Of a stretch of 64,000 nucleotides of DNA, positions 19,938-29,641 are shown in pieces. The notes under the pieces are model-generated. The model ran no database searches and was not told the DNA's origin. It saw only the letters and a list, made by a program, of their open reading frames with translations. Source of the DNA: an uncultured delta proteobacterium. Lineage in GTDB: Bacteria > Myxococcota_A > Polyangia > Polyangiales > Polyangiaceae. Within the stretch, counting starts at the first letter, position 1; the number at the start of each line of letters is the position of its first letter. The stretch is taken from assembly GCA_963841435.1 (NCBI GenBank), contig CAWJCS010000006.1:1120001-1184000 (forward strand), in the 5' to 3' direction. A program made the translations under genes and the position numbers.

Positions 19938-22900
19938 TCAGGGTGTGGGCTCGACCGTCAGCTCGGTGAGCCTGCCGCACTTGAGGACGTAGGCGCGACC
20001 CGGCTCGACGAAGTCGCCGAGCGACCGACCGAGCCGCACGAAGCGGATCCCGCAGGTCGTCACGAGGACCTGGTTCGTCTCACCGTAGTCGGTGCCGTGC
20101 ACGAACACGTGCGCCTGCACGCTCGAGTGCACGAACAGCGCGCCCCGCTCGGCCGGCAACGTGGTGATGTCGAAGGCCGGCACGGGAGTGCTCGGTGCAG
20201 CGGCGGCGGCCGGCGTCGGCTCGGCGCTCGGCGGGGGCGTTGCTTCGGGAGCGACGCCTGCCTCCGGCGCGGCTTCGGGCGGGTCGCCGGGCGTCACCGG
20301 CGCTCCCGCCGACGAGGCGCTCGCAGCGTCGCTCGGCAGTGCTGGGGGCGGCGGCACGAGGTCCGGCAGCGCGGGCGGCGCCGGGAGCGTCGCTTCGGGT
20401 GCGCTCGGCTTGGTCGACACGGCTTTGCCGGAGCCCAGCACGACGACGAGCGCGGCCCCGCCCGCGACCGCGACGACGCCGACGAGGGCGAGCAGCCCCC
20501 GTGAGGCGCTGCGACCCGGAACGCCCGCGGCGCGAAGCTCTCCCGCGTCCGGCTCGCGATCGCTGCTGGTCGCAGCGGGGTTTTCCTCGGGTGCGGTGAA
20601 AAACGGGTCCTCCGTCGCGTCGTCCCGGAAGGGCTCGGGCGCCTGGGGAGGTTCCGGGGCCACCAGAGGCGCGCCGTTCGCTTTCGGCTCGGCACCGGCG
20701 GCTTGCGGCCCGGCGCCGTTCGCCTTCGGCTCGGAGCCGTTCGTGGGGCCGCCCTCCGTCGATCCGCCTTCCGCCGGCACGCCTGCCGCCGGCTCGGCAC
20801 TTCCCGACGCAGCTGCGGGCGGTGCGTTTGCTGGTACGGCGGCCGCGGGCTCTCCCGCGATTGTCGGGCGATCGCCCTCTTCATCCGAATCTTCGGTGGT
20901 CGCCCCCGCGTCCGTGGGGACCTCGGTGGGTGTCGGCGTGGGCGCCGTCTCGGTCGCTGCTGGGGCACCCGAGAAGAGCATGGTTGCCGCAAGCGCTGCG
21001 GGCTTCGCTTTCTCCGGCTTCTCTGCCGACGGTGGCGCCGGCGATGCGGCCTTTTTGCTCGCGTGAAGCTCGGGCTCCGCTGACCGCTGCGTCTGGTCCA
21101 TCCCACCGCCCGGGCGAGGGACCCGCGACTCGCCGGACGGGATCGGCGAGCGACCGAACAGCATCGTGCCGCCTCGCGCGAACCGCGGGGGCTCCGGCCG
21201 AACGCTCACCTGGGTCGCAGCGAGCTTCGTCTGCGCGCCGCCCCCGGGCGCGTCGTCATCCGTTTTGGTGCGGGGCGGCGCGCTCTGGGGTGCTGCGAGC
21301 GCCACGGCTCCGGCCCGTGTGAGCTCGGCCGGCGACGCGCGCACCTCGGTCTTTGCGTCGCTATCCCAGTCCATGGCGGGCGCGGCGGTCGGTGGGGCCG
21401 CAGCGGGCGACGGCAGGGGCAGCACCCGTTCGCTCGACGCCGGGCGCATGGGCGCGGCCTTCCCAGCCGCGGCGCGCGGTTCATTCCCCTTTTCGCGCTG
21501 CGGCGGCGGCGGTGGGCTACCGGCGCTGGCAGGCGGCGCGCCACCGTCGCGTGCCGTCGGCGACGCGTCCGCGCTCTTTTGACCGCGCGCCGACGGTGGT
21601 GCCCCCGCGGCGGGTCGAGGGGGAGCTGTAGCCGCCGGTGGAGCGGTGGCCGCAGCGTCCGTCGCGCCGCTTGGCGGCTTGAGCGCGAACTCGCTCGGTC
21701 GTTCCTCGCGGACGCCCATCGTGTCGGGGTCCATCGTCACGGGCCGGGCGCCGACCTCGGTGAGCGTCTGCTCGTCGAGCGTTGCGGCGAGCAGATCGCC
21801 GACGTTGGTCTCGGCATCGACGGGCAGCGGCGCGACGACGGACTCGATGGTGAGCGTCGCGGGCGGCAGCGCGAGACTCGCCCCCTGGGTTTCCGTCGGT
21901 ACGATCCCGGGCAAGGTGCCCTGCTTCGGTCGAGGCGGGGCGAGGGACCCCTCGGCGCTCGCGCCCGCGATGAGCTCGGTGCAGGCCTCGGACCACAGCG
22001 CGAGCGCGACCTCGGGCCCTTCGAGCTTGATGCTGAAGCCCGGCGGAGCGCTGGCGATCGAGCCGGAACCAAAGGCGAACCGGCGTACGACCTTGCCGAA
22101 GAGGCGCGCGCGCTCGTCCCGGGCGGGCAACCGGAGCTCGACCTCCACGTCGTCCGACTCGCAAGGCAAGAGGCTCCGCACGTAAAGCCCCCCCGGGCTC
22201 GCGTCGTAGCTGAAGCCGTACTCGTCCACGACGTGTCCCGCTGGTCGAAACGCGACCGGCGTCGCGTAAAGGGCGCGCCACTCGCTGCGCCGCGCGCCCT
22301 TGCCGAACACGAGCTCGTTGGCGAGGAAAAGCACGTCCTCGGGAGAGCCCGTCGTGCTCGTCACGGCCACGCGCTCCAGCCCCGAGAGCGTGCTTGCCAG
22401 TCGGTTCACGCTGCGCATCTCGGCCGTCACGATCCACGTCGGCAGCGCCCCCGCGCGCGCCGCCGCGTCGATGATGCGGCGTGGGTCGCCGAGCGCGGCG
22501 CTGATCACGACGAGGCGCGTTTCGGCCTGCGAGGCGTAAAGCTCGACGGCGGCACGATCGACCGCGAATTTCACGTCGTACCCGGCCTGCGACAGCACGC
22601 GGCCTACGAGCGCCCGGCGCTGCGTCGTGGCCTCGGCCACCACGGCCTGGCCGAATCCCGGCGTAGCGTGGCGCTCGGTCGCGGCGAGCGTCTTGAGCCG
22701 ACGCTCGAGCGGCGCCCGCGCCCCGAGCGGGACGAGGTCGTCGGCGCCCCAGGCGAACACGCGCGCGAAGCCGAGCTCGTTCGGCGTTCGCGACATTCCG
22801 ATGACGGGCACCGTGCGGAGCCGTTCTGCGGCCCTGGCGCGCTTGCAGAATTGCTCGGCGCCGAGCGTCGCCATGTCGACGAGCATGGCGAGCGCCCCGC

Positions 22901-23045
22901 CGCGCTCGAGCTCGACGAAGGCGCGCGCGGGCTCGCGAGTCAGGTAAAGCTCGAGCCCCGCGCCCTGCACGGCAGCCTCGAGCGCTCCCTTGAGCTCGCC
23001 CGCCAGGTTGCCGAGGGCAATCACGCGCCGGTCCGCTTCGGACAC
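19938..23045 (-). CDS. Multidomain membrane protein: two degenerate receiver-like domains, PilZ domain, long Pro/Ala-rich linker, TM helix, short PEGA-like C-terminus
   Basis: REC-like folds (AMLVDMAT, VPVIGMS, GADDLV; GYDVKFA); PilZ RxxxR (RRSEWR) and DxSxxG (DASPGG); TM GLLALVGVVAVAGGAALVVVLG; ALFVHSSVQAHVFVHGTDYGETN. Confidence 0.7.
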   Translation of the reverse strand: MSEADRRVIALGNLAGELKGALEAAVQGAGLELYLTREPARAFVELERGGALAMLVDMATLGAEQFCKRARAAERLRTVPVIGMSRTPNELGFARVFAWGADDLVPLGARAPLERRLKTLAATERHATPGFGQAVVAEATTQRRALVGRVLSQAGYDVKFAVDRAAVELYASQAETRLVVISAALGDPRRIIDAAARAGALPTWIVTAEMRSVNRLASTLSGLERVAVTSTTGSPEDVLFLANELVFGKGARRSEWRALYATPVAFRPAGHVVDEYGFSYDASPGGLYVRSLLPCESDDVEVELRLPARDERARLFGKVVRRFAFGSGSIASAPPGFSIKLEGPEVALALWSEACTELIAGASAEGSLAPPRPKQGTLPGIVPTETQGASLALPPATLTIESVVAPLPVDAETNVGDLLAATLDEQTLTEVGARPVTMDPDTMGVREERPSEFALKPPSGATDAAATAPPAATAPPRPAAGAPPSARGQKSADASPTARDGGAPPASAGSPPPPPQREKGNEPRAAAGKAAPMRPASSERVLPLPSPAAAPPTAAPAMDWDSDAKTEVRASPAELTRAGAVALAAPQSAPPRTKTDDDAPGGGAQTKLAATQVSVRPEPPRFARGGTMLFGRSPIPSGESRVPRPGGGMDQTQRSAEPELHASKKAASPAPPSAEKPEKAKPAALAATMLFSGAPAATETAPTPTPTEVPTDAGATTEDSDEEGDRPTIAGEPAAAVPANAPPAAASGSAEPAAGVPAEGGSTEGGPTNGSEPKANGAGPQAAGAEPKANGAPLVAPEPPQAPEPFRDDATEDPFFTAPEENPAATSSDREPDAGELRAAGVPGRSASRGLLALVGVVAVAGGAALVVVLGSGKAVSTKPSAPEATLPAPPALPDLVPPPPALPSDAASASSAGAPVTPGDPPEAAPEAGVAPEATPPPSAEPTPAAAAAPSTPVPAFDITTLPAERGALFVHSSVQAHVFVHGTDYGETNQVLVTTCGIRFVRLGRSLGDFVEPGRAYVLKCGRLTELTVEPTP

Positions 23046-23109
23046 TGGATTAGACTTTAGGAGGTAGAGAAAGGTGGGAGCAACTTACCTCTAGCGCGAC
23101 GGGCGCAAT

Positions 23110-23124
23110 CGGCACGAAACATGC
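23110..23124 (+). promoter_or_regulatory. Candidate sigma54 promoter upstream of the ACT-domain gene
   Basis: CGGCACGAAACATGC: GG and GC correctly spaced, 2 mismatches to TGGCACG-N4-TTGC, 30 bp upstream of ATG 23155. Confidence 0.55.
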
Positions 23125-23154
23125 AGGAAGCACGGTCACCCGGAATATCGTCTC

Positions 23155-23712
23155 ATGCTCGATGCCGTTCGTATGACGGAGCGTCCGGCCGCCCGGGCCG
23201 AGCCACTCGAGGGGAAGGCTGCGCGCGTCGAACTGATGGGCGAGCTGCCACTCGGATGGCTTGGGAACCTGGCGTCCGGTCTCTCGCGTCGGGGTGTTTC
23301 GATCGTTCGTGGCTCCGCTGAGCGTCAAGGTCTCGGCTGGAGCGCCGTATTCGAGGTCTTGGGGGAGGAGGGACAAGAGCTTCATCCGAAGGATATCGAC
23401 TATGCTGCACTGGCGCTCGAGGATGCGCCAGAGGGCGCTCAGCCGGTCACACTCGAGAGCTTCGTTTTGACGACTCCGCGGCGCCAGGCCGCAATCGAGC
23501 TCACGGTGCGCGGGCGCGATCGACGAGGATTCCTCGCCGCCCTGCTCGAGCGGCTCGCGTTGCTCGGCCTCTTTCCGGAGCGGATCAGCATCGAGACCGT
23601 CCACGGCTCCGCCGCCGATACGCTGTGGCTCCACGCGCTCGGGGGCGCGGCTCCCACGCCGCGCAGCATCGACTCGCTGCGCGAGTTTTTGCGCAGCGTG
23701 ACCGCGGGCTGA
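23155..23712 (+). CDS. Stand-alone ACT-domain protein resembling the GlnD C-terminal ACT pair
   Basis: ELTVRGRDRRGFLAALLERLALLGL...ISIETVHGSAADTLWL matches the ACT D-R-x-G-L/F-L pattern. Confidence 0.6.
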   Translation: MLDAVRMTERPAARAEPLEGKAARVELMGELPLGWLGNLASGLSRRGVSIVRGSAERQGLGWSAVFEVLGEEGQELHPKDIDYAALALEDAPEGAQPVTLESFVLTTPRRQAAIELTVRGRDRRGFLAALLERLALLGLFPERISIETVHGSAADTLWLHALGGAAPTPRSIDSLREFLRSVTAG

Positions 23713-23734
23713 GCGCCGCACCGGCGCTGGGGAC

Positions 23735-24925
23735 TCACAAGAGCTCGCGAACCACGCCGTCGGCGAACAACCAGGCACTCTGCGGCACGCGCAGCCAGTC
23801 GCCGTCGCGCACGAGTCGCCCGCTCTTCATCAGTCGCTCGGTGGCGCGCTCGCGTTCCGCCGTCCACACCGTGACGCCGAGCTCGCGCGCCGCGCGTCCG
23901 AGGTCGATGCCCTCGGCGAGCCTGAGCCCGAGAAGCAGCCGCTCGGCGAGCGCGGTCTCCGGTCCGATGTGCTCGGCATCGGCCACGAGCTCCGAGACCT
24001 CCCAGAGCGCAGCTCGGCGGCTTGCGTCGAGGTAGCGCTCGATCGCGGGGGCGTTCTTGTACCGCACGCGAGTGCCGCCTCGCACGACGGTGCCGGACGC
24101 GCCCGTGCCGAGGCCGAGGTAAGCGCCGCCGCGCCAGATCGCAAGGTTGTGCTCGGCGACGTCTCCATCGCGCGCGAAGTTGCTGATCTCGTAGTGGGAA
24201 AACCCCGTGCCCTCGAGCGCTCCAGCGACCGTCTCGAACGAGCGCGCCACGAGATCCTCGTCGAGCAACGGCAGGCGACCCGCTCTCGCGAGCGCTCCGA
24301 AGCGCGTGCCTGGCTCGACGGTCAATGCGTAGGCGCTCACGTGCGTCGGACCGAGCTCGGCGACGCGTAGCGCCTCGTCGCGCGCCGCTTCGGGCGATTG
24401 TCCCGCGACGCCGAAGATCAGATCGGCCGACACGCGGCGAAAGCCGGCGCGGAGCGCCACGGCGAGCGCGCCGAGCGCGCCGCCGGCGTCGTGCAGGCGG
24501 TCGAGGAAGCGGAGCCGGTCGGCGTCGAGCCCCTGCACGCCGAGGCTCACGCGGTTGACGCCCGCCCTGAGCAGCGCTTCGGCGCGCCGCTCGTCGAAGC
24601 TCGACGGGTTGCATTCCGCCGTGACCTCGACGTCGCCGCCCGGGAACGCGGCGCGGATGCCGGCGAGCACGCGGCCGAGCTCGCTCGGCTCCCAGAGCGA
24701 CGGCGTGCCCCCGCCGAAGAACACGCTGCCGAGCTTTTGGCGTCCGTCGAGCTCGGGAGCGCGCCGTTCGAGCTCGGCGAGCACGGCGTCGGCGTACGCG
24801 ACGTGCGGAATGCGCTCGCGCTCGGTCGCGAGGCTATAAAAGTCGCAGTAACCGCACTTCTTGAGGCACCACGGGAAGTGGACGTAGACGCCGAGCGCCG
24901 CCGGATCCGCCGTCGCGACCCTCAC
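23735..24925 (-). CDS. hemW: Radical SAM heme chaperone HemW (HemN-like)
   Basis: YVHFPWCLKKCGYCDFYS (CxxxCxxC), FFGGGTPS, NRVSLGVQ, HYEISNFA, HNLAIW; GTGA overlap with the tolC stop. Confidence 0.9.
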   Translation of the reverse strand: MRVATADPAALGVYVHFPWCLKKCGYCDFYSLATERERIPHVAYADAVLAELERRAPELDGRQKLGSVFFGGGTPSLWEPSELGRVLAGIRAAFPGGDVEVTAECNPSSFDERRAEALLRAGVNRVSLGVQGLDADRLRFLDRLHDAGGALGALAVALRAGFRRVSADLIFGVAGQSPEAARDEALRVAELGPTHVSAYALTVEPGTRFGALARAGRLPLLDEDLVARSFETVAGALEGTGFSHYEISNFARDGDVAEHNLAIWRGGAYLGLGTGASGTVVRGGTRVRYKNAPAIERYLDASRRAALWEVSELVADAEHIGPETALAERLLLGLRLAEGIDLGRAARELGVTVWTAERERATERLMKSGRLVRDGDWLRVPQSAWLFADGVVRELL

Positions 24926-26460
24926 GGCGTTGGGGCAACGGCCTTCGGGCGCCGCGCGAGCTCCGCCTGGTCGCGCCCGAGCGCGTGCCGGAGCTCCGCG
25001 AGCGCGACGCGCGCGTCGACGTGGGCGTCCGCCGTCTGCAGGCGCGCCTGCGTGAGGTTCGCCTCGGCGTCGGTGAGCTCGGTCAGCGTGGCTCGGCCCG
25101 CCCGATAGAGCTCGCGACGCACGCGGTAGCTCTCCTTGGCGGCTTCGAGCCCCTGGTGCGTCACCGTGATGGCGAAGCGCGCTTCCTCTCCGCTGCGGAT
25201 GGCCTGCTCGACCTCGAGGCGCAGCCCGTCGCGGAGCGCCATCGCCTGGGCGTCGAACTCGCGCGCCTTCGCTTCGGCCACGTTGGCCGCGGCTCCGGCC
25301 CCGCCGATGTCCGTCGGAGTCCAGCTCAAAACGACCCCGGCGTCCCAGTTGCCGTGGAACTCGTCCGCGGGCGGGAAGTGCAGCTGGTTCGGGCGGGCGT
25401 AGGTGGCGCCCGCGGAAGCGTCCAGCCGCGGGTAGGCGCGCACCTGCTCGGTGCGAGCCTGATCGCGCAGGGCCTCGCCGAGCGCTCCGAGGCTCTTCAG
25501 CTCGGCGCGGTTCGCGAGCGCCTCGCGGTAGGCCCCCTCGATGGTCGGCAGGTGTAAAAGCTCCGGTGCCTCCTCGAGCACGTCCTCGCCGACCTCGTAG
25601 GTCGCTCCCTCGGCGTCGTGCATCGACACGCGCAGCGCAAGGGTTGCGAGCGCGACGCCGTTGCGCGCGCGCTCGGCGAAGAGCTCGGCGTTCTTCACGC
25701 CCGACTCGGCGCGCATGACGTCGGCTTTCGAGACCAGGCCCGCCTCGAACGCGTTGCCCGCGTCGGTCCGCCGCAGCCGCGCCTGCTCGAGCGCGGCGAG
25801 CGCGATGAGCTCGCGCGCCTGCGCGCGAACCCACTGGTAGTAGGCGACGCGTGCGTCACGGGCGACCGACGCGCGCATCGCGTCCGTTTCGGCCTGCGCT
25901 GCGGAGCGGGAGTGCTGCGCCGCCCGCACCGCGTCCGAGAGCCTGAGGACGTAGTCCGAAAGGGGGACGTTCAGGCGCGCGTTCAGGTTGTAGTTGTTCG
26001 GGATGTCGGGGGCGAACAGCTGAACCTGCGCCGTCTGGGCGGGGGGTGTGCCGGGCGGCAAATGCACGTACCGGTGCGAGAGCCGCGTGTAGCCCGCGCT
26101 CAGCCTGAGCTGCGGCCAGAAGGCGTATTCGGTCTGACTGATGGCCGCTTCGGTGCTCGCGACGGCGTACCGCTTGGCCTCGATCTGAGAGCTGGTGGCG
26201 ACGGCGCGCCGTGCGGCTTCGTCGGCCGTCAGGCCCTGCCCGTTCTGCATCCTCCTGAGGCGCTCCTCGAGCACCTTGAGCACGTCGCTCTCGGGCGGCT
26301 CGGCGTTTGGGGCGGTCTCCGAGGTCGTGGGGGCGGCGGGAGCCGCCGACGCAGCTCCGGGTGGTTTGGCCGGTGGCGGGCTCGGCGCGGCGGTTTGGGC
26401 CAGCGCGTGGCCGGCAAGAAGATAAACAACGACGGCTGAACTCGTAACTACCGAACGCAT
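24922..26460 (-). CDS. TolC-family outer membrane efflux protein
   Basis: Signal peptide; two OEP repeats (PQLRLSAGY, ARVAYY, FEAGLVSKADV; YPRLDASA, YRAGRATLTELTDAE). Confidence 0.88.
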   Translation of the reverse strand: MRSVVTSSAVVVYLLAGHALAQTAAPSPPPAKPPGAASAAPAAPTTSETAPNAEPPESDVLKVLEERLRRMQNGQGLTADEAARRAVATSSQIEAKRYAVASTEAAISQTEYAFWPQLRLSAGYTRLSHRYVHLPPGTPPAQTAQVQLFAPDIPNNYNLNARLNVPLSDYVLRLSDAVRAAQHSRSAAQAETDAMRASVARDARVAYYQWVRAQARELIALAALEQARLRRTDAGNAFEAGLVSKADVMRAESGVKNAELFAERARNGVALATLALRVSMHDAEGATYEVGEDVLEEAPELLHLPTIEGAYREALANRAELKSLGALGEALRDQARTEQVRAYPRLDASAGATYARPNQLHFPPADEFHGNWDAGVVLSWTPTDIGGAGAAANVAEAKAREFDAQAMALRDGLRLEVEQAIRSGEEARFAITVTHQGLEAAKESYRVRRELYRAGRATLTELTDAEANLTQARLQTADAHVDARVALAELRHALGRDQAELARRPKAVAPTP

Positions 26461-26490
26461 GAAAATCCCTTTGCTGACGGGTACCCGGAT

Positions 26491-29400
26491 CTACTCGGCG
26501 GTGCTCGGCGCGCCGCGCTCTTCGGTGGCCGCCTTGGCCCGACGCCGGCCGCCGAAGAGGGCGCCGACGCGCGCGCCGAAACGCGGCAGCCACGCTTTCA
26601 GATTTTCGACCGTGAGATAGAACACGGGCACGACGATCAGCGACAAGAGCGTCGAGCTGATCACGCCGCCGATCACGGCGATGGCCATGGGGGCACGGAA
26701 TTCGCTGCCCTCGGCGCGGCTCGTCGCCGTCGGCAACATGCCGAGCACCATGGCGGCGCTCGTCATCAGGATCGGGCGCAGGCGCTCGGGCCCGGCCGTG
26801 AGGATGGCCTTGAACGGCGTGTAGCCGTGGTCGCGTACGTGCACGATGGCGCGATCGATGAGCAAAATGGCGTTCTTCGTCACGAGGCCCATGAGCAGCA
26901 CGATGCCGATCAACGCGCCCATCGCCATGGTGTTGTTGGTCAAGAACAGGCTCACGACGCCGCCGACGAGCGCGAGCGGCAAGGTCAGCATGATCGTCAG
27001 CGGGTGCACGAAGCTCTCGAACTGCGACGCGAGCACGATGTAGATGAACACCACACCGAGCATGAGCGCGATGGCCATGTTGGTGTTCGTCTCGTTCATC
27101 AGGCGCAGCTGCCCGTCGTAGGCGACGGAGATGCCCTCGCCGAGATTCGACTTTTCGATCTGTGGCTGGAATTCGCGCGCCACGTCGCCGAGCGGCCGCC
27201 CGATCGGGGTTGCCCAGAGCGTGATCTGACGCTGTCGGTTCTCGCGCTCGATCACCTGCGGGCCCTCGCTGCGCTCGAACGTCGCGATGTCGGAGAGCTT
27301 CACGGGACCGCGGCTCGTCTGGAGCGTGAGGTGCTTCAGGGATTCGGCGTCCCCGCGATACGCTTCCTCGAGGCGGACGCGAATCGGCACTTCGTCGCCA
27401 CCGTTGACGCGCAGGTTGCCGCTCTCGTCGCCCTCCATCGCCGTGCGCAGGCCGAGCGCGACCTCGGCCACGCTGAGCCCGCGATCCGCGGCCCGCTGCC
27501 GGTCGACCGCCACCTCGAGCTCGGGGCGGCCGGGCGAGTAGCGCACCTGGATGTCGGCCACCCCGGGCGTGTGCTTGAGGATCTTCTCGATCGTGCGCGC
27601 CGCCGCTTCGATGCGGGGAAATTCGTCGCCGCGCACGTTGATCATGATCGGCGCCTCGGTGGCGGCGCCCTCGACGAAGGGAGGGTCGGTCGCGGTCACG
27701 CGTGCGCCCGGAATGATCTGAGCCGCGTCGCGCCCCGCTCGCTTGAGCTCCGGCAAGGAAACCGTGCGCTCCGTCTTCGGCGTCGTCACCACGCGCCAGC
27801 GGATCTTGTTGGGCTCGCCATCGACGCCCACGGTCGACGCGAGCACCTTGATTTCGGGGTTCTTGAGCAGTCGCTGCTCGGCCACCGCCGCGAGGCGCGA
27901 CGTCTGGGCGAGCGCGGTGCCGGCGGGGAGCTCCGCCTCCACGACGAACTGGCTACGGTCCTCGGCGTTCACGAACTCGGAGCCCATGAGCGAGGTGATG
28001 TAGCCCATGAAAACCATGCTGCCGATCGCGAGCCCGCCCACGACGAGCTTGTGCCGCACGGCCCAGCCGAGCATGGCCTCGTAGGTCATCTCGACTTGCC
28101 GGAACACCCACTCGAAGGGTCTCTTCAGCCAGTCGAACGCGCCTCGCTCACCCGTCTTGATCTTCGAAAAGCGCGACGACAGCATCGGATCGAGCGTGAA
28201 CGCGACGAACAGCGAGATCGCGACGGCCGCCGAGATCGTGATGCCGAACTGACGGAAGAACTGTCCCACCATGCCTTTCACGAAGGCGACTGGGAGGAAC
28301 ACCGCGATGATGGTGAGGGTCGTCGCGAACACGCTGAGCGCCACCTCCTGCGTGCCGTCGAGCGCGGCCTGCATCGGCGGTTTGCCGCGCTCGATGTGCT
28401 TGAAGATGTTTTCGCGTACGACAACCGCGTCGTCGATCAACAGGCCGATCGCGAGCGAGAGCGCGAGCAGCGTCATCATGTTCAGCGTGAAGCCGAACAG
28501 GTACATCACGAAGAACGTCCCGATGACGCTCGTGGGCAACGCCACGGCGCTGATCAGCGTGGACCTCAGGTCCATCATGAACACGAGGATCACGAGCACC
28601 GCCATCAAGGCGCCGATGGCGATGTGGTGCTCGACGTGGCTCAGGTCGCGCTCGATGAAATGCGAGAGATCGATGAGCAGGGCGACGGTCGTGCCCTTCG
28701 GGAAGGTCGTCTCCAGGCCCGCGAGGCGCTCCTTAACGGCGTGGGCGACCTCGACCGTGTTCTTGCCGGACTGCTTGCGGACGTCGAAGGTGACGGCCTC
28801 GCTGCCGTTCACGCGCACGAGCGTGCGCTGGTCGGCGTAACCGTCGATCACCTGCGCCACGTCGGAGAGGCGCACGACGGAGCCGTCGCGCGCCGTCGCG
28901 ACGATGACGTTGCGGATCTGATCGACGCTCTTGAACTCGCCGACCGTGCGCACGCTGACCTCGCGCGAGCCTTCGTCGAAGTGGCCGGCCGGGACGTTGA
29001 GGTTCTCCGCGCGCAGGTGGGCGACGACCTGGCCCGGCGTCACGCCGAGTGCGTCGAGCTTGGGGCGGTTGAGCGACACGCGGACCTCGCGCTCGGAGCC
29101 GCCGCGAATGTCGACCGCCGCCACGCCCTCGACCTGCTCGAGCGCCGGGCGGATCACGTCGTCGGTGTATTGCCTGAGGTCGGCGAGCGAGCCGTGGCCG
29201 CGCACGGTGTACGTGAGGATCGGCGACGCCGACACGTCGAAGCGGCTGATGAGCGGCTCCTTCGTCTCGGTGGGGAGCTTGAAGCGCGCTTGCGAGACGC
29301 GCTCGCGCACCTGGGTGGCGGCGTCGCTCACGTCGGTGCCCAGCGTGAACAGCACGAACACGAGCGCCGAGCCCTCGCGCGAGAACGAGCGCACGCGGTC

Positions 29401-29631
29401 GATGCCGTTGATGCCGATCACGGCGTCTTCGATGGGCTTCGCGACGAGCGTCTCCACCTCGGCCGGGCTCGCGCCGGGGTAGGGGACCGTCACGGCGACG
29501 GCGGGGAACGAGACATCGGGAAACAGGTCCGAGCCGAGCCGGCCGAACGACACCACGCCGAGGACGAGCATGGCCACCGTGATCATCACGGTGAAGACCG
29601 GGCGCTTGATGGCGACGGAGGACAGGGTCAT
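26491..29631 (-). CDS. RND efflux permease (AcrB/AcrD/AcrF family)
   Basis: 1046 aa; AIKRPVFT, YPGASPAEVE, GLLIDDAVVVRENI, GLVTKNAILL, RLRPILMT. Confidence 0.95.
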   Translation of the reverse strand: MTLSSVAIKRPVFTVMITVAMLVLGVVSFGRLGSDLFPDVSFPAVAVTVPYPGASPAEVETLVAKPIEDAVIGINGIDRVRSFSREGSALVFVLFTLGTDVSDAATQVRERVSQARFKLPTETKEPLISRFDVSASPILTYTVRGHGSLADLRQYTDDVIRPALEQVEGVAAVDIRGGSEREVRVSLNRPKLDALGVTPGQVVAHLRAENLNVPAGHFDEGSREVSVRTVGEFKSVDQIRNVIVATARDGSVVRLSDVAQVIDGYADQRTLVRVNGSEAVTFDVRKQSGKNTVEVAHAVKERLAGLETTFPKGTTVALLIDLSHFIERDLSHVEHHIAIGALMAVLVILVFMMDLRSTLISAVALPTSVIGTFFVMYLFGFTLNMMTLLALSLAIGLLIDDAVVVRENIFKHIERGKPPMQAALDGTQEVALSVFATTLTIIAVFLPVAFVKGMVGQFFRQFGITISAAVAISLFVAFTLDPMLSSRFSKIKTGERGAFDWLKRPFEWVFRQVEMTYEAMLGWAVRHKLVVGGLAIGSMVFMGYITSLMGSEFVNAEDRSQFVVEAELPAGTALAQTSRLAAVAEQRLLKNPEIKVLASTVGVDGEPNKIRWRVVTTPKTERTVSLPELKRAGRDAAQIIPGARVTATDPPFVEGAATEAPIMINVRGDEFPRIEAAARTIEKILKHTPGVADIQVRYSPGRPELEVAVDRQRAADRGLSVAEVALGLRTAMEGDESGNLRVNGGDEVPIRVRLEEAYRGDAESLKHLTLQTSRGPVKLSDIATFERSEGPQVIERENRQRQITLWATPIGRPLGDVAREFQPQIEKSNLGEGISVAYDGQLRLMNETNTNMAIALMLGVVFIYIVLASQFESFVHPLTIMLTLPLALVGGVVSLFLTNNTMAMGALIGIVLLMGLVTKNAILLIDRAIVHVRDHGYTPFKAILTAGPERLRPILMTSAAMVLGMLPTATSRAEGSEFRAPMAIAVIGGVISSTLLSLIVVPVFYLTVENLKAWLPRFGARVGALFGGRRRAKAATEERGAPSTAE

Positions 29632-29641
29632 GAAACGCTCC

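Noticed and set aside
20150..21700. Low-complexity repeats (GSEPKANGA/GAEPKANGA, AATAPP x2) as a repeat array
   Set aside because: Short coding duplications within a Pro/Ala-rich linker, not a non-coding array
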